A stretch of DNA of 63,308 nt, filler included, from Trichomonas gallinae (taxonomy: Eukaryota): assembly GCA_008369845.1 (NCBI GenBank). It is 7 parts of 7 records of this genome, joined end to end, with 100 filler letters (N's around TTAATTAATTAA, not from the genome) between each part and the next. Parts side by side here need not be neighbours in the genome. Positions count along the whole stretch, not along the records: positions 1 to 10,641 come from MRSU01001311.1; positions 10,742 to 27,339 come from MRSU01001312.1; 5 more parts are not named here. One strand, given 5' to 3'. This document shows positions 1 to 11,170 of this stretch, piece after piece. The notes below the pieces were generated by a model, which was not told the DNA's origin, searched no databases, and saw nothing but the letters and a program-made list of their open reading frames with translations. How positions within the stretch are numbered: position 1 is the first letter of the stretch; every line of letters starts with the position of its first letter. Made by a program: the position numbers and the translations under genes.

Positions 1-839
1 TCAAAAATTATTTCTTCATCTTTGATGTTTTTTGAAATTATTGATGAGTATATATTTTCTCCGGGAGAATTAACAATGCTGCAATTTTCCATTACAATCT
101 TATTTCGATTGTTAATATAATATTTTTCTTTGGAATTTATTTCATTATCAACAAAATTACAATTGTAAATGATATAAATTCCACTATTTAGAATAAATTC
201 ATTTTCACATTTATTTGAAATCACATTACAAAATTTCTGTGTGAACTCATCACCATCATCAACATGAATTGATGTATTTAGAACAGCAGAGTTTTCATCA
301 TATGAGCAAAATTTCATAACACTCCCTTTATATGGCCTGCTTATATGAAAAATACACTTTGCATTAGACAAACATTTACTCACATTCAAACTATCCAAAT
401 TAAAAACAGTATCAGCAACATGGAATGGGGCAAAACTCAAAGGCGAGTTATTATTAGCAATTGACACCAAAATCATGTCACTTTTATCACCAGGGTGATT
501 TACAACATAAGAATGTGAGCCAGTCCAACCAGATCCAGAGCTGCAATTCATAGAACAGACTCTGTTTTGTATCAAGCTTCCATGGTTATTATATCGACCG
601 TATGATATGGCACCACCATGGAAATGTTTCTGAGAGCAATTCATGAAGCTAGTGTCCTCGACAAGTACTCTCGTTTCTGGATCAGGCGTTCTAAATGTTA
701 TGGCACCATCTGTGGTTAAATTAAGGAAAACAGAAAATTTAATATAAAATTTTGTTCCTTCGAAAATGGGTATTGATGTTATTATAATTCCCATGTAGTT
801 AGTCTTTAATTCATAAAAATCACCCCAAGACTGATGCAT
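1..839 (-). CDS. Pmp-like / right-handed beta-helix family protein, partial (runs off window start)
   Basis: Not in the ORF track. Manual translation from ATG 839: MHQSWGDFYELK...TDGAITF...VEDTSFMNCSQKHFHGGAISYG...NRVCSMNC. GGAI and FxNC motifs are typical of trichomonad Pmp-like/beta-helix proteins. The frame is open at both ends inspected, including the window edge. Confidence 0.6.
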   Translation of the reverse strand, partial: MHQSWGDFYELKTNYMGIIITSIPIFEGTKFYIKFSVFLNLTTDGAITFRTPDPETRVLVEDTSFMNCSQKHFHGGAISYGRYNNHGSLIQNRVCSMNCSSGSGWTGSHSYVVNHPGDKSDMILVSIANNNSPLSFAPFHVADTVFNLDSLNVSKCLSNAKCIFHISRPYKGSVMKFCSYDENSAVLNTSIHVDDGDEFTQKFCNVISNKCENEFILNSGIYIIYNCNFVDNEINSKEKYYINNRNKIVMENCSIVNSPGENIYSSIISKNIKDEEIIF

Positions 840-1222
840 TTTCAAAATCGGTGTCTAATTGGATATATTGGCATTTGAAATGACAAATTTTGCCACGTAA
901 ATTTTCTATGTCATTTTTTTACTTTTTTCTTTGATTCTATTTTTAATAAATTATTTTCATAAAATTGATTTACCTAATTCATACAATCAATCAAACACGA
1001 GTGATCTACAACTATTTAACATATTCTCTCATTTTTAAATATATTTATTATGAATTATAAGATCTCTATATTCTAATAATATTATACAGAACTTATACTT
1101 ATTGATTATATCATATATTAATGTTGTTGTTTGTTTTGAAATTATGTGTTAATAATTTAATTTAAAGAAATACCGATAACATAATGGATGGGTATTTTTG
1201 GTATAGATTTCACAGAGCCAAT

Positions 1223-1870
1223 TTATTTCTTCCTTGGCGCTGCTTGAGGCTTTTTGGATAAACCTTTCTTTGGCGGCAACTGGCCTTTCTTTGGCTTTGC
1301 TTTGCCAGCATTAGCGTTTTGTTTCTCGTTATTCGGCTTCTTCCATATGCGGAACAGAATGTAGAACAAAACTGAATGAATAACGACACCAAAAATTATA
1401 GTGATATAAAGCAAACTATTCTCTGCAAAGTGACGCTTAAAGTCAAACTTTACTGGTGGAGAAGGTGGGGCGAGATTAAACCTGAATCCACTCCAAACCT
1501 CATCAGCATTACGTAATAACAAAAATTCCATTGTTGTGTTTGTGACCAAGCCATTGAAATCATATTTCATATCTTCTGATGTAGATGAGAAGATGAATTC
1601 ATTGTGAGAAGTGTAATTGAAAATAACATGAGACCAATATTGATATTTTCCTTTGATTTCTAGGAACAATTGGTATTCATCGTACTGTGAAATCTTTTGA
1701 AGATAAAATCTGCGCGGAATGAAAGAATAATTTGTTTGCGAAAGATATCCGAACGTCTTTAATCCCTTTTCTGCGAATTGAAGTGTGATGGGAACCTCAT
1801 CATACGATTCTGACGTGTAAAAACCATCCCACTTTCCAACAAAGCGAAGGCCTAATATTAGTGATATCAT
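1223..1870 (-). CDS. Small type I membrane protein, unknown function
   Basis: ORF track. Likely start MISLILGL (ATG 1870), with a short hydrophobic N-terminus, a TM segment LLYITIIFGVVIHSVLFYILF and a Lys-rich cytosolic tail. Confidence 0.65.
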   Translation of the reverse strand: MISLILGLRFVGKWDGFYTSESYDEVPITLQFAEKGLKTFGYLSQTNYSFIPRRFYLQKISQYDEYQLFLEIKGKYQYWSHVIFNYTSHNEFIFSSTSEDMKYDFNGLVTNTTMEFLLLRNADEVWSGFRFNLAPPSPPVKFDFKRHFAENSLLYITIIFGVVIHSVLFYILFRIWKKPNNEKQNANAGKAKPKKGQLPPKKGLSKKPQAAPRKK

Positions 1871-2456
1871 TTTTGACAAATTTATTTCAAACAAAATATT
1901 TTACTTGCCAAAATAACGTTTTACACGTCAAAATATTTACATTATATATCAAATTTATTTCAAACAAAATATTTTACTTGTCAAATTGTTAACGTATCAT
2001 TTTCCAAAGTGTATTTACCCATATAGGTGACATTTTGGAGAACAATATTTGGATATTTGGAATTGCTATTTAATAAAGTATCTATTAAAGGAATTGCGAA
2101 TTTTCTGCCAAAATTTAATTTCAAAAAATATATTTTTAAAGCATTTTAAAAATTATTCTTAGTCATCATATGAAAACTAAAGCCGCATTCACATTTTACT
2201 AATAAAATATAGTTTTTTGTTGCATTTATTTTTCATTAAAACATTTTTTTTTTAATTCAATATTCTATAGCAGACATATGATTCCATCATTCCATATAAT
2301 ATATATATGGATTGGAAAGAAACATGTCATTGGGTTCGAATTATTGTGAAATACACTCAAGATCGAGACGTGATATTTTGATCTAATAAGGCTAATCTGC
2401 ATTTTATTGAATTGATTACTATGTTGTATTTGACATAAAAGTGACATTTTTCAAAC

Positions 2457-3821
2457 AGGTATCTGTTATTATGGCTGATTTCATATGATATAACATATGA
2501 ATCTAATGATGAAAGAGTCATCATTGGTGTTACAGATACGAAAACACTTGAAATTCCAACAAAAGTTGAAAGGATAAAAAACTCTGTTGCTGTAAATCAC
2601 GCTATTAATGATCAAATTCTCTCAAATCTTCGAAATATACTCGAACAAATCATATTTCCTATTGGAAGTAATATTATATCCCTAGGAGTTGGAACATTTT
2701 ACAAATTTTCCAGATTAACAAGTGTTGATTTATCCAATTGCAACAAATTACAATCAATCGATATAGCAACTTTCGCTGAAAGTTCTTTGTCATCAATTAT
2801 TTTCCCAGAAGTACTTCAATCAATAGATATCGCAGCATTTTATTCTACGAAACTAGAAACAGTTAATATTCCTTCTTCTGTCAAAACTATTGCAGGTTAT
2901 TACAAAGGAAGTTTTTATTATTCAGGCCCATTCGAAAATTGTAAAAATTTGAAATCATTCGAAATAAATCAAAATAGTCAATTAAGAAATCTTGGTCCAT
3001 TGTTTATAAGACTTACTCAAATTGAAGAAATTTTTCTTCCTGAGAATCTAGCTGCAACATGGGGAAGTTTTTCCGAAGTTTATTCGTTGAAAAAGATCAA
3101 ATTACATGAATCAAACAAAAATTATAAAATATATGATTCATGTTTATATTCATATGATTTCACAACTTTTTATTGGTCTCCATTTATATATGATAAAGGA
3201 ATCAGTTTTCATCCATTTACAAAAACAATAGCCAAATTTTCTTTTGTTGGTTCAAATTATACATATGACATCATAGTTCCAAGCAGTGTTTCAAGAATTG
3301 GAGATTACTGCTTTTATTATTGCAGAGTTCCAAAAATAATTTTTGAAAAATCATTATCATTTAGTTCACCACCTTTCGAAGGAACAACATCAACTATTAT
3401 TTTGCCGAATGATTTAACAATAATTAGACATAGAATGTTTCAACGGTACTACGGAACATCATTGGAACTGCCAAGTGATTTACTTGAAATTCAAAATGAA
3501 GCATTTTGGAGCTGCTTATATTTGAGAACTTTAACATTTTATAGAAGCAATAAACAATGCATTAATATCAGATCGGGCGCATTCAAAAACATACCAATGC
3601 TAGATAAAATTGTTGCAGATGCAAATATTTCTAACAAAATGACAATAGAACTCCAGGCATTTCAAGAATGCCCCCTGCTAATAGGAATCTATTTTGTTTA
3701 CAATCTTTCATATTTTAAACAAAGTGAGTGTGACGTGAAATGTAAAACATGCAACCAGGTTCACTACAATCAATTCGATAAAATATTATATTTCCAAGTT
3801 TTCGTACTAATATATATATAA
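2457..3821 (+). CDS. BspA-like (TpLRR) leucine-rich repeat surface protein lacking an ATG at the expected start (AGG); possible pseudogene
   Basis: Frame is open from 2445 to 3821. Repeats such as LTSVDLSNCNKLQSIDIATF, LETVNIPSSVKTI and IGDYCFYYC; C-terminal KCKTC plus hydrophobic tail. Upstream translation reads (AGG)YLLLWLISYDITY. Confidence 0.7.
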   Translation, partial: RYLLLWLISYDITYESNDERVIIGVTDTKTLEIPTKVERIKNSVAVNHAINDQILSNLRNILEQIIFPIGSNIISLGVGTFYKFSRLTSVDLSNCNKLQSIDIATFAESSLSSIIFPEVLQSIDIAAFYSTKLETVNIPSSVKTIAGYYKGSFYYSGPFENCKNLKSFEINQNSQLRNLGPLFIRLTQIEEIFLPENLAATWGSFSEVYSLKKIKLHESNKNYKIYDSCLYSYDFTTFYWSPFIYDKGISFHPFTKTIAKFSFVGSNYTYDIIVPSSVSRIGDYCFYYCRVPKIIFEKSLSFSSPPFEGTTSTIILPNDLTIIRHRMFQRYYGTSLELPSDLLEIQNEAFWSCLYLRTLTFYRSNKQCINIRSGAFKNIPMLDKIVADANISNKMTIELQAFQECPLLIGIYFVYNLSYFKQSECDVKCKTCNQVHYNQFDKILYFQVFVLIYI

Positions 3822-4099
3822 ACATAAAAATCTTCAGACATTTGAAATGAAAGATGTAATTGAGAATTTTTTTACTCATATTATGGGCTGTTCATAATTA
3901 TATTTGCAAGAAATCAATAGTATATTCGGATTTAGAGACATGAATAACTATGATTAGCTATGTTTTATTGTCACTTTTATATCCAAAATATAATTGAGGA
4001 AAGTTAATAATAACAATTCTCATAAGTAAGAAATAGATATACGGACTAAGAAAACATTTCTATCTTTATCAAACAAAAATAACAATATTATAACATATT

Positions 4100-6433
4100 T
4101 CATGAATCAATTCTTGCGTAGAATAATATATAAGCATTTCTAGAGTGTGCTTCATTGTCAGTGCACTTTGTGACTGTACTATCATTGAAGAAATACCACT
4201 GATCTCCAACTAACGCGTGAGCAGTGTAGTGCCCGCTTCCTATCCATCCGTGATGTTCGCTAACAGCAACAAGTTTGTATGAAGTCGATCCACTCTTAGG
4301 ACCAATAATCCAACGGCTCATGTCAAGAACATCAGGATACTGAATTTCTGTTTCAGTCTTTGTGAAATATCCACCAGATTGGGCAAATCTCTTCAGATGT
4401 ATAATCAATATCTGAGGAGCTTTCCAAACATCCATTTTCTTGCTTGCCTGGACGAATTTCCTGCATTTCGGGCAGTACCATTCGTTCTGATCATCGAGAG
4501 TTAACTCTTCTGCAAACATATCCAGGCATCTTTCTACAGAGAATGACTTTTCTTCTTCAGGAGGTTCGACATCTTTGATTCGCGGTGGAACGAAAAGGGA
4601 ATATTTAAATCCGGCTTCTTTCGTCATCCACGTTGGATTTACAATGACATCTACGCATCTCGTAGTTAAACAAGTCATTCTCGAGCATGGAGCAAACGTT
4701 CCGCTCTCAAATAAACCAGACCTTATAACAATCTTAAACTTCTTCTGATTATCTTTAAGCGGCCTCCAGCTTAATCGTGTTTGTTCGTTTTGGTCGTAAT
4801 TGATTTGAATGTCAGGATTCTCTGGATCGAATAGATATGAAAAATAGTCTGAAATGGCGTCATTAAGCTCCTTCTCTGATGGATTTGACTTCGGAATAGG
4901 AACTAAAAACGGGCCAGCAATGAGTTTATCACCATCCCATATCCACCCTTTCTCTCTCTCTTTCAGGAAAACTGGTGCATACAATTTATCTGTTGAAGGA
5001 ATCTCCAAAGCGTACATATAGTAGGTGGATGGCGTCCTGTATGGAGCTAATGAATACGTAACCTCTGTAAATTGATGATCAATGGCTGCAAAAATTATAT
5101 TTAGACATCTTCCTCCTTCTGACTTTTGGATGAATCTTTTAGTCATCAGCGGTGACCATGTGTTGTCTATATTAAATTGCATGAGTTTTCTTGGCTTCTT
5201 TGGGTCTGCTGGAACAAAAATAAAACCAGGAGATAAAACTTTCTTTTGTGGAACAGGAAGAGAAAGAGACACAAATGGATCAAACACTACTGTATCTGAA
5301 TGACAGTTTGGACACTTCAAATGCGATTTTAACTGGCCTTGGAAAAGATCAACAATTATTGAATCATTTCTTTGCTTGTAAACACTCCATGCTTTCACAG
5401 CTGTTTCAGCATCATCTGTTCCATCGCCTTCAACTGCTCCTGTCGTTGGTTTATTAAGGATTCTGTTTAGATCTTCGTGAATTCCATCTAAAATATATAA
5501 AAGGACTTCATGGGCGTCTTGCTGGGCATAACCATCGAAGTTTGGCGCGTGTCTAATTATAGCTTTACGCATGTCTGATGGAGTATAAGTAGGAGATTTT
5601 CCACTTTGACTGATTTGCAATAATTTGAAGAATGCTGTAGCAAGTTCACCGTTATTACTCAATGGATTCGATTGTGAAATTTCAATTTGCCATTGAGTTT
5701 TCAAAAAATATTTAATTAATGGATCAATATGCATTAAACATTGCAGCGTTGAGTTTAAAAAGCATGTATTTCCTATATTATTGAGCCCTGTCGTACCAGG
5801 AGTACATGAAACGTTTGATTGGAAAAAAGAAAATAATCCGGACTCTTCGCTCTTTTGTACAGCTCCAGTTGATAGCATAAGTTTTTGGTTATTTGTAACG
5901 GAATATTCGCATAGTAGTTTGTCGTCAATAAGTTTTTCACCGATTGTATTGTTATAATATTCGTATAAATCTAGCGATTTATCTGTAGTTTCAAAGCATT
6001 TTAGTGCTTCATCTTTGAGGTATTTAACATTTTCGTATGTAGTAACTGGAAATAGCTTTAATTGGCCTTTATATAAAACGTATATTCCAATATTCTTTGT
6101 AATTGCAACATTTTGCTTCTTTAGCGGATTGTATGCAACATGAACACCAATATCCGGGCCACCTCCGTAGTATTGCTTCAATTGGTGCCAAGTTGGCTTC
6201 GTTACTATTATATAATCAACACCTTCGACGATATCTCTGCGAAGGCGGTCATTCCTCATGAGTGCAGAGTTATCTATTTTCGGAATTTCTTGTTCCACGG
6301 GACTTTCATTATCATATCCGATTATTCTCTTAAATTCGTTGAACCATTTCAATGAAACAAGGTAGGCGTTTTGGCCGACAGTCAACTGCGTCGTTGACAT
6401 CAGCTCTTTCACGCGTCTCCTTTGTTCATCCAT
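4100..6433 (-). CDS. Ubiquitin-specific protease (clan CA, family C19), USP4/11/15-like with N-terminal DUSP domain
   Basis: Cys box GLNNIGNTCFLNSTLQCL, QQDAHE, CxxC fingers, LIIHLKRF, His box HHGWIGSGHYTA, AYILFY. DUSP-like YLVSLKWF...IDNSAL. Confidence 0.95.
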   Translation of the reverse strand: MDEQRRRVKELMSTTQLTVGQNAYLVSLKWFNEFKRIIGYDNESPVEQEIPKIDNSALMRNDRLRRDIVEGVDYIIVTKPTWHQLKQYYGGGPDIGVHVAYNPLKKQNVAITKNIGIYVLYKGQLKLFPVTTYENVKYLKDEALKCFETTDKSLDLYEYYNNTIGEKLIDDKLLCEYSVTNNQKLMLSTGAVQKSEESGLFSFFQSNVSCTPGTTGLNNIGNTCFLNSTLQCLMHIDPLIKYFLKTQWQIEISQSNPLSNNGELATAFFKLLQISQSGKSPTYTPSDMRKAIIRHAPNFDGYAQQDAHEVLLYILDGIHEDLNRILNKPTTGAVEGDGTDDAETAVKAWSVYKQRNDSIIVDLFQGQLKSHLKCPNCHSDTVVFDPFVSLSLPVPQKKVLSPGFIFVPADPKKPRKLMQFNIDNTWSPLMTKRFIQKSEGGRCLNIIFAAIDHQFTEVTYSLAPYRTPSTYYMYALEIPSTDKLYAPVFLKEREKGWIWDGDKLIAGPFLVPIPKSNPSEKELNDAISDYFSYLFDPENPDIQINYDQNEQTRLSWRPLKDNQKKFKIVIRSGLFESGTFAPCSRMTCLTTRCVDVIVNPTWMTKEAGFKYSLFVPPRIKDVEPPEEEKSFSVERCLDMFAEELTLDDQNEWYCPKCRKFVQASKKMDVWKAPQILIIHLKRFAQSGGYFTKTETEIQYPDVLDMSRWIIGPKSGSTSYKLVAVSEHHGWIGSGHYTAHALVGDQWYFFNDSTVTKCTDNEAHSRNAYILFYARIDS

Positions 6434-6529
6434 GGAAAAATTATAAAATAAACGCTCACTTTTTTAGTTTTAAGCGAAATTTCTTCGATTTCGTAACAAT
6501 TGGACACTAATACACAACTATACGCATCC

Positions 6530-7020
6530 TATATTTCTAAGTAAGCAAGTCTAGAAACACTATTATTTCGTATTTTTTTTTTGATTTTTTATCTTTCGAT
6601 ATCTATGGAAATAAGATATCTTTATTTGTATATGAGTTAGAATATATTTTATATTTCTAAGCTAACAGGGCTAGATACATTATTAATCGTAATTTTATTT
6701 TTGATTTTATATTTTGCCGATTTCTATGGCAATGTGAGATCTCTATTTATATGTTTAGTAGAGTGTATTTTATATATCCAAGTAAACAGGTCTAGATACA
6801 CTAATATTTCGTAAGTTATCATTTTATTATTTTTCGATTCTTATTGCTATAAGATATCTCTATTTATATATGAAGCAGCGAATATTCTATATATACAAGC
6901 ATTGATAAATTATTTTCTATCTTCAATTCTAATAATCGTTTTCATTAGAATAGGATATCTACAGATACAATGCTACAAAATATATTCTATATTACCAAGC
7001 AAAAATGTTTACATACATTA
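6530..7020. repeat. Degenerate ~120-bp tandem repeat, three clear copies plus decayed further copies
   Basis: ATATTTCTAAG..A.CA.G.CTAGA.ACA.TA recurs at about 6531, 6651 and 6772; AAGATATCT/GAGATCT recurs at about 6613, 6736 and 6851; decayed matches near 6955-7020. Confidence 0.8.
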
Positions 7021-7228
7021 TTGATTTCTCAGAGTGTTCTTTTTCAATAAATGAGCAAATAACATATGGACAACGGGGACATTGTTGCCTACATATATCC
7101 TAGAACACAAAATAAAATAACATCTTGATATATCTTTTCGAAAACAAAATTTTTGAATATTTTTCGGTATATTTAGCATTAAACAAGTAAAATATGAAAT
7201 AACAATAAAATTTCATTTTTTTTTTTCG

Positions 7229-9679
7229 ATGGGTGCTGACGAGTCGAAAGTTCGCGCATTTCTACAGAAACCTGTCGTAGAATTTATCGATAAAGGCATA
7301 AAAGAACTCCCTGACTACTGCAACATCGCACTTCCTTGCCAGGAAGTTAACTTAAAAGGAAATTTTATTCCGAACTTGCCGAAAGACATGAAAAACCTAA
7401 CTAAGCTGATTCTATCCAGGAACAGTTACATGCAACTGCCTCCTGGAATCAATTCTGCTTTACTTGCATATTCGAATCTTGAAGTTCTGGACTTATCTTA
7501 TAATAACTTATCGAGTATTGGAAAAATACTCAATCAAATGCCATCTCTTAGAACAGTTAACTTATTTAGCAACAAATTAACAACAATCCAATTCGAAACT
7601 TCAAAAATAGAAAACATGGACCTGGGAAACAACAATCTTACAACTTTCCCTACTTGTCCAGATACAATTACAAACTTATCTCTCGATAATAATGACCTAA
7701 ATCAAGTTGAAATCACTCAAAATTTAGAAAAAATAAAGAAGATTACTCTCGCTAACAACAAAATGATCACTTTTAACATTACAAGCACTCTTCCGATTCT
7801 TTTAGTTTTAGATTTAAGTTATAATAAATTAACTGGAATTCCATCTTTAACGAACTCCACTCCTAAACTACGCATTTTAAACATCACATCCAACCTACTT
7901 CCAGACCTTCCTGAATTGCCAAGACCAATTGTCGAATTAAAAGCTTCATACAACAAATTGCGCACAATTCCTGAATGTGTTAAACAGTTATCAACAATTG
8001 GTGTTGCTGATTTTTCTCATAACTTAATTGCAGAAGTTGATCAAAATAATATTCCAACATCATTGACTCATTTACGTTTACATAATAATTGCATCGAAAA
8101 TGCATCATATCCAAGCTTGATTGGTGTTGAAAAAGTCCTTTTAATGAGGAATAAATTAACAGAAATCCCGAATGTTGGCTCTCCAAACCTTGTTTCTGAG
8201 TTCTTCTTATCACAAAACTCGATAAGAACGATGAGATTACAGTCATTTTCAAAAATAGTTACAAAAATTGATTTAACAAATAATAAATTAACAGAAATTC
8301 CACGAGAATTGTTTACGCTTCCAAGTCTTACACAATTATATCTGAGCGGCAATAAATTACTTAAAATTCCATCTGCAATTGCTAATTCACAAATAATTAC
8401 TTTATCTATCTCAGGAAATCCATTGAAACATTTTCCAAAAGCATTTCCACCAACATTAGAATACTTATTAGCTTCGAATTGCAACATTTCTGAAATTCCA
8501 GAAATTTTATATAAATTGGAAGATTTACAGGAGTTAGATATTTCACACAACCATATTTCTACTGTTCCACAACTTCTAACAATCAAAAAATTAATACTTA
8601 CAGATAACCAAATCACAGAATTTCCAAATCAAATTCCATTAATCGAATATCTTGATGTTTCATGCAATAAAATAGCATCTATTCCTAAAGATTTACCTAC
8701 CAGTTCAATTAAATATCTCGATATCAGTCATAATCAAATTTCTGAAATTTCATCCGAAATTAAATTCGCTAAACTTAGAACATTCAAGCTCCAATTCAAC
8801 CCATTACAATCACAGATTAATCTCGAAAACTTCCCTGTAATTAATCATATTGATATAACTTCAACAAAGGCTAAATTAGCTAATCCACCATCAGATGTAC
8901 TCTGCTACACACCAGAAAAGAAATTAGATCCAAATTATTTCATGAGATACTCAAATCCAGGTGATGTTGCCGGATATTCATCTGTTTTAGGCATCAGACA
9001 ACTTAGAGAAGATATTTTACTCGTACAAACAGGTCTTCTCACTGGCATCAATCTCTACGGAATTGTTGATGGCCGAAGCTATGATAAAAACGCGGCATAT
9101 ATTGCGCACCAGATTATAACAAATATTTTGGACGAGGATGATATAACTAACGAATCCGTTGTCCAAAAAGTGGCGCAAACAGTCGATAAAAATTATTGGG
9201 CGTCAATGAGGACAGCAGGCAAATTGGACACGAAATTCTCAACACCAGAGTTTTGCTTTGTTATCATCCACAAGAAAGATGCAATTGTTTGCGCGACTGG
9301 CAACATCAGAGCAATGGTTGTCGGCACTCAAACGTTTGAGGTTGAATCCCCGCTCGTTTTTGGAACAACACAGCTTGGCGTTTCTCACAACAGGAGCTTT
9401 GGAATGTTCCCAGGTCCTACATCTATGTCAGTAGGAAGAAACGAAGTGTATGGAATTAAGACACAGATAAATGCAACAAAAGTTTCACTGGAAGGCGGAA
9501 AGTGGCTGATTTTGACATCAGCTGCTGTTAGAGACTGTTTGACAGTGAAAGATATCCTTAAATACGCCGACAATGCTCAGACAGCGAATGAATTAGCTTT
9601 CAGAATCAGAGATGCTACATATTCATCACTGAGCATCGACAACATTTCTGTTGTTGTTGCTGACATTACAAAGCTTTAA
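7229..9679 (+). CDS. Leucine-rich-repeat protein with C-terminal PP2C-like domain and putative N-myristoylation site
   Basis: MGADESK start; many LxxLxLSxNxL repeats; C-terminal GIRQLRED, LYGIVDG, LILTS and DNISVVV segments follow PP2C motif order. Confidence 0.85.
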   Translation: MGADESKVRAFLQKPVVEFIDKGIKELPDYCNIALPCQEVNLKGNFIPNLPKDMKNLTKLILSRNSYMQLPPGINSALLAYSNLEVLDLSYNNLSSIGKILNQMPSLRTVNLFSNKLTTIQFETSKIENMDLGNNNLTTFPTCPDTITNLSLDNNDLNQVEITQNLEKIKKITLANNKMITFNITSTLPILLVLDLSYNKLTGIPSLTNSTPKLRILNITSNLLPDLPELPRPIVELKASYNKLRTIPECVKQLSTIGVADFSHNLIAEVDQNNIPTSLTHLRLHNNCIENASYPSLIGVEKVLLMRNKLTEIPNVGSPNLVSEFFLSQNSIRTMRLQSFSKIVTKIDLTNNKLTEIPRELFTLPSLTQLYLSGNKLLKIPSAIANSQIITLSISGNPLKHFPKAFPPTLEYLLASNCNISEIPEILYKLEDLQELDISHNHISTVPQLLTIKKLILTDNQITEFPNQIPLIEYLDVSCNKIASIPKDLPTSSIKYLDISHNQISEISSEIKFAKLRTFKLQFNPLQSQINLENFPVINHIDITSTKAKLANPPSDVLCYTPEKKLDPNYFMRYSNPGDVAGYSSVLGIRQLREDILLVQTGLLTGINLYGIVDGRSYDKNAAYIAHQIITNILDEDDITNESVVQKVAQTVDKNYWASMRTAGKLDTKFSTPEFCFVIIHKKDAIVCATGNIRAMVVGTQTFEVESPLVFGTTQLGVSHNRSFGMFPGPTSMSVGRNEVYGIKTQINATKVSLEGGKWLILTSAAVRDCLTVKDILKYADNAQTANELAFRIRDATYSSLSIDNISVVVADITKL

Positions 9680-9900
9680 TTATCTTTATATAAATGTTTT
9701 TTTTTGTTTCTTTTTTATTTTTTAATTTATTGATTAACATATGAAACATCATCAAATTAGCTTGGATTTATACAATTCATCATTTAATGAAATAAATATA
9801 TATCATCAAATAAAAATATACAATAACATATATAATTTCATTTGGTGAAAGAAAGCTCAAATAGTGGAATGGATGATGTGGCTTGAGTCTCAAAGACGCA

Positions 9901-10467
9901 TCACATCCAAGATTTCGTTGGCATGACATGCGATTCGGACATTAAAGAATCATTTTCAATTATGAGGCGTGCAACTTCTGATTCGAGAGAAATTATATTA
10001 TTTATTTCTGGATTATTCTCGTTTTTGGAGTTTGCAAGCTCTTCCTTGAGTTTTTGATTTTCATTATGGATATCATGGATCGTATTTATGATATTGCTAA
10101 TGAAATTGTAAATCTCTTTTAGTGGTTTATATTTGAGCGCATTGTACGTTGATCGAATGAAATCATGGATTTTATCTTCTGTATTTAAATCAAAATGAAT
10201 ACTAATCATCTTAAATATCTTGGCAACATTATTATAACTGATATTATGTAATTTAACTCCCTCAAATATGTATGCTGCTTGTCTTGCATCAAGATTTGCT
10301 GCATTGATTATGCGAAAAATTGTGTCTAAGTCTTCGTAGACGTTGAAGAAAGTGTCGATGTCTATAGTTAGACCAACTATCTTTGCGCATTCCTCAATGC
10401 TGAATTCAAGTGACAATTGTTTTTTTTTTATAATTCCTAAAATTAGAGTCGTGAGTTTGAAGCTCAA
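9901..10467 (-). pseudogene. Degenerate fragment of a trichomonad multigene family protein (helical N-terminal domain plus coiled coil)
   Basis: ORF starts at a non-ATG codon. DTFFNVYEDLDTIFRII resembles the N-terminal domain of trichomonad ankyrin-type family proteins, but no ankyrin repeats follow. Confidence 0.3.
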
Positions 10468-10563
10468 AAATTGTAGTCGTAAAAAGTGACATTTTGTGAC
10501 CGAAGTAGTCTAAAAAGTCTGAAACTAAATTCATCAACAATTTCATATATAAATTAATGTGAT

Positions 10564-10637
10564 GCTTTCCTAGCTCAACAGGATAGAGCTTTGGACTTTT
10601 AATCCAAGGGTTTGGGGTTCGAGTCCCCAGGATAGCG
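10564..10637 (+). tRNA. tRNA-Lys (anticodon TTT)
   Basis: Cloverleaf: GCTTTCC/GGATAGC acceptor (one T-T mismatch), D arm GCTC..GAGC, anticodon arm TTGGA-CTTTTAA-TCCAA, T arm TGGGG-TTCGAGT-CCCCA. Confidence 0.93.
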
Positions 10638-10641
10638 ATTT

Positions 10642-10741
10642 NNNNNNNNNNNNNNNNNNNNNNNNNNNNNNNNNNNNNNNNNNNNTTAATTAATTAANNN
10701 NNNNNNNNNNNNNNNNNNNNNNNNNNNNNNNNNNNNNNNNN
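10642..10741. other. Artificial contig linker (N44-TTAATTAATTAA-N44)
   Basis: Identical 100-nt spacer with stops in all frames, found six times in the window. Confidence 0.98.
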
Positions 10742-11170
10742 GGCTCAAAATTGTAAGCGCAAGTTCTAAAATTTAAAGCAGGGGCATTCAAAAAGTGAGT
10801 ATGTCGGTCGACCCTTAAATACAAATCATTTGAAAGATATATTTAATTGGAGCGGGAGACATACTAAATCAACCTATGAACGTACTCCATGATATCAATA
10901 ATATACATTTTCTCGTCCAAATGATTGTTTCTAGTGAAATATTGAATGAATTTGTCGAAATTATTGCAAATATTCTTTGGGCAGGTAGTTATTGCATTTA
11001 TTGCATGTTTATGTCATGATTATGCAATAATAATGTTATAAATCTGTGCCTTCAATGATAAATTGATCAAATTTCAGCATTCAATATAATTATAAGCTAA
11101 TCATCAATATATAATTCAGATATACCTAATGGTTTCATCATTGGAATCATTGGGAAGTCATCAATTTTGA

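Noticed and set aside
10686..10697. TTAATTAATTAA palindrome repeated six times within N runs
   Set aside because: Synthetic six-frame-stop linker, not biological.
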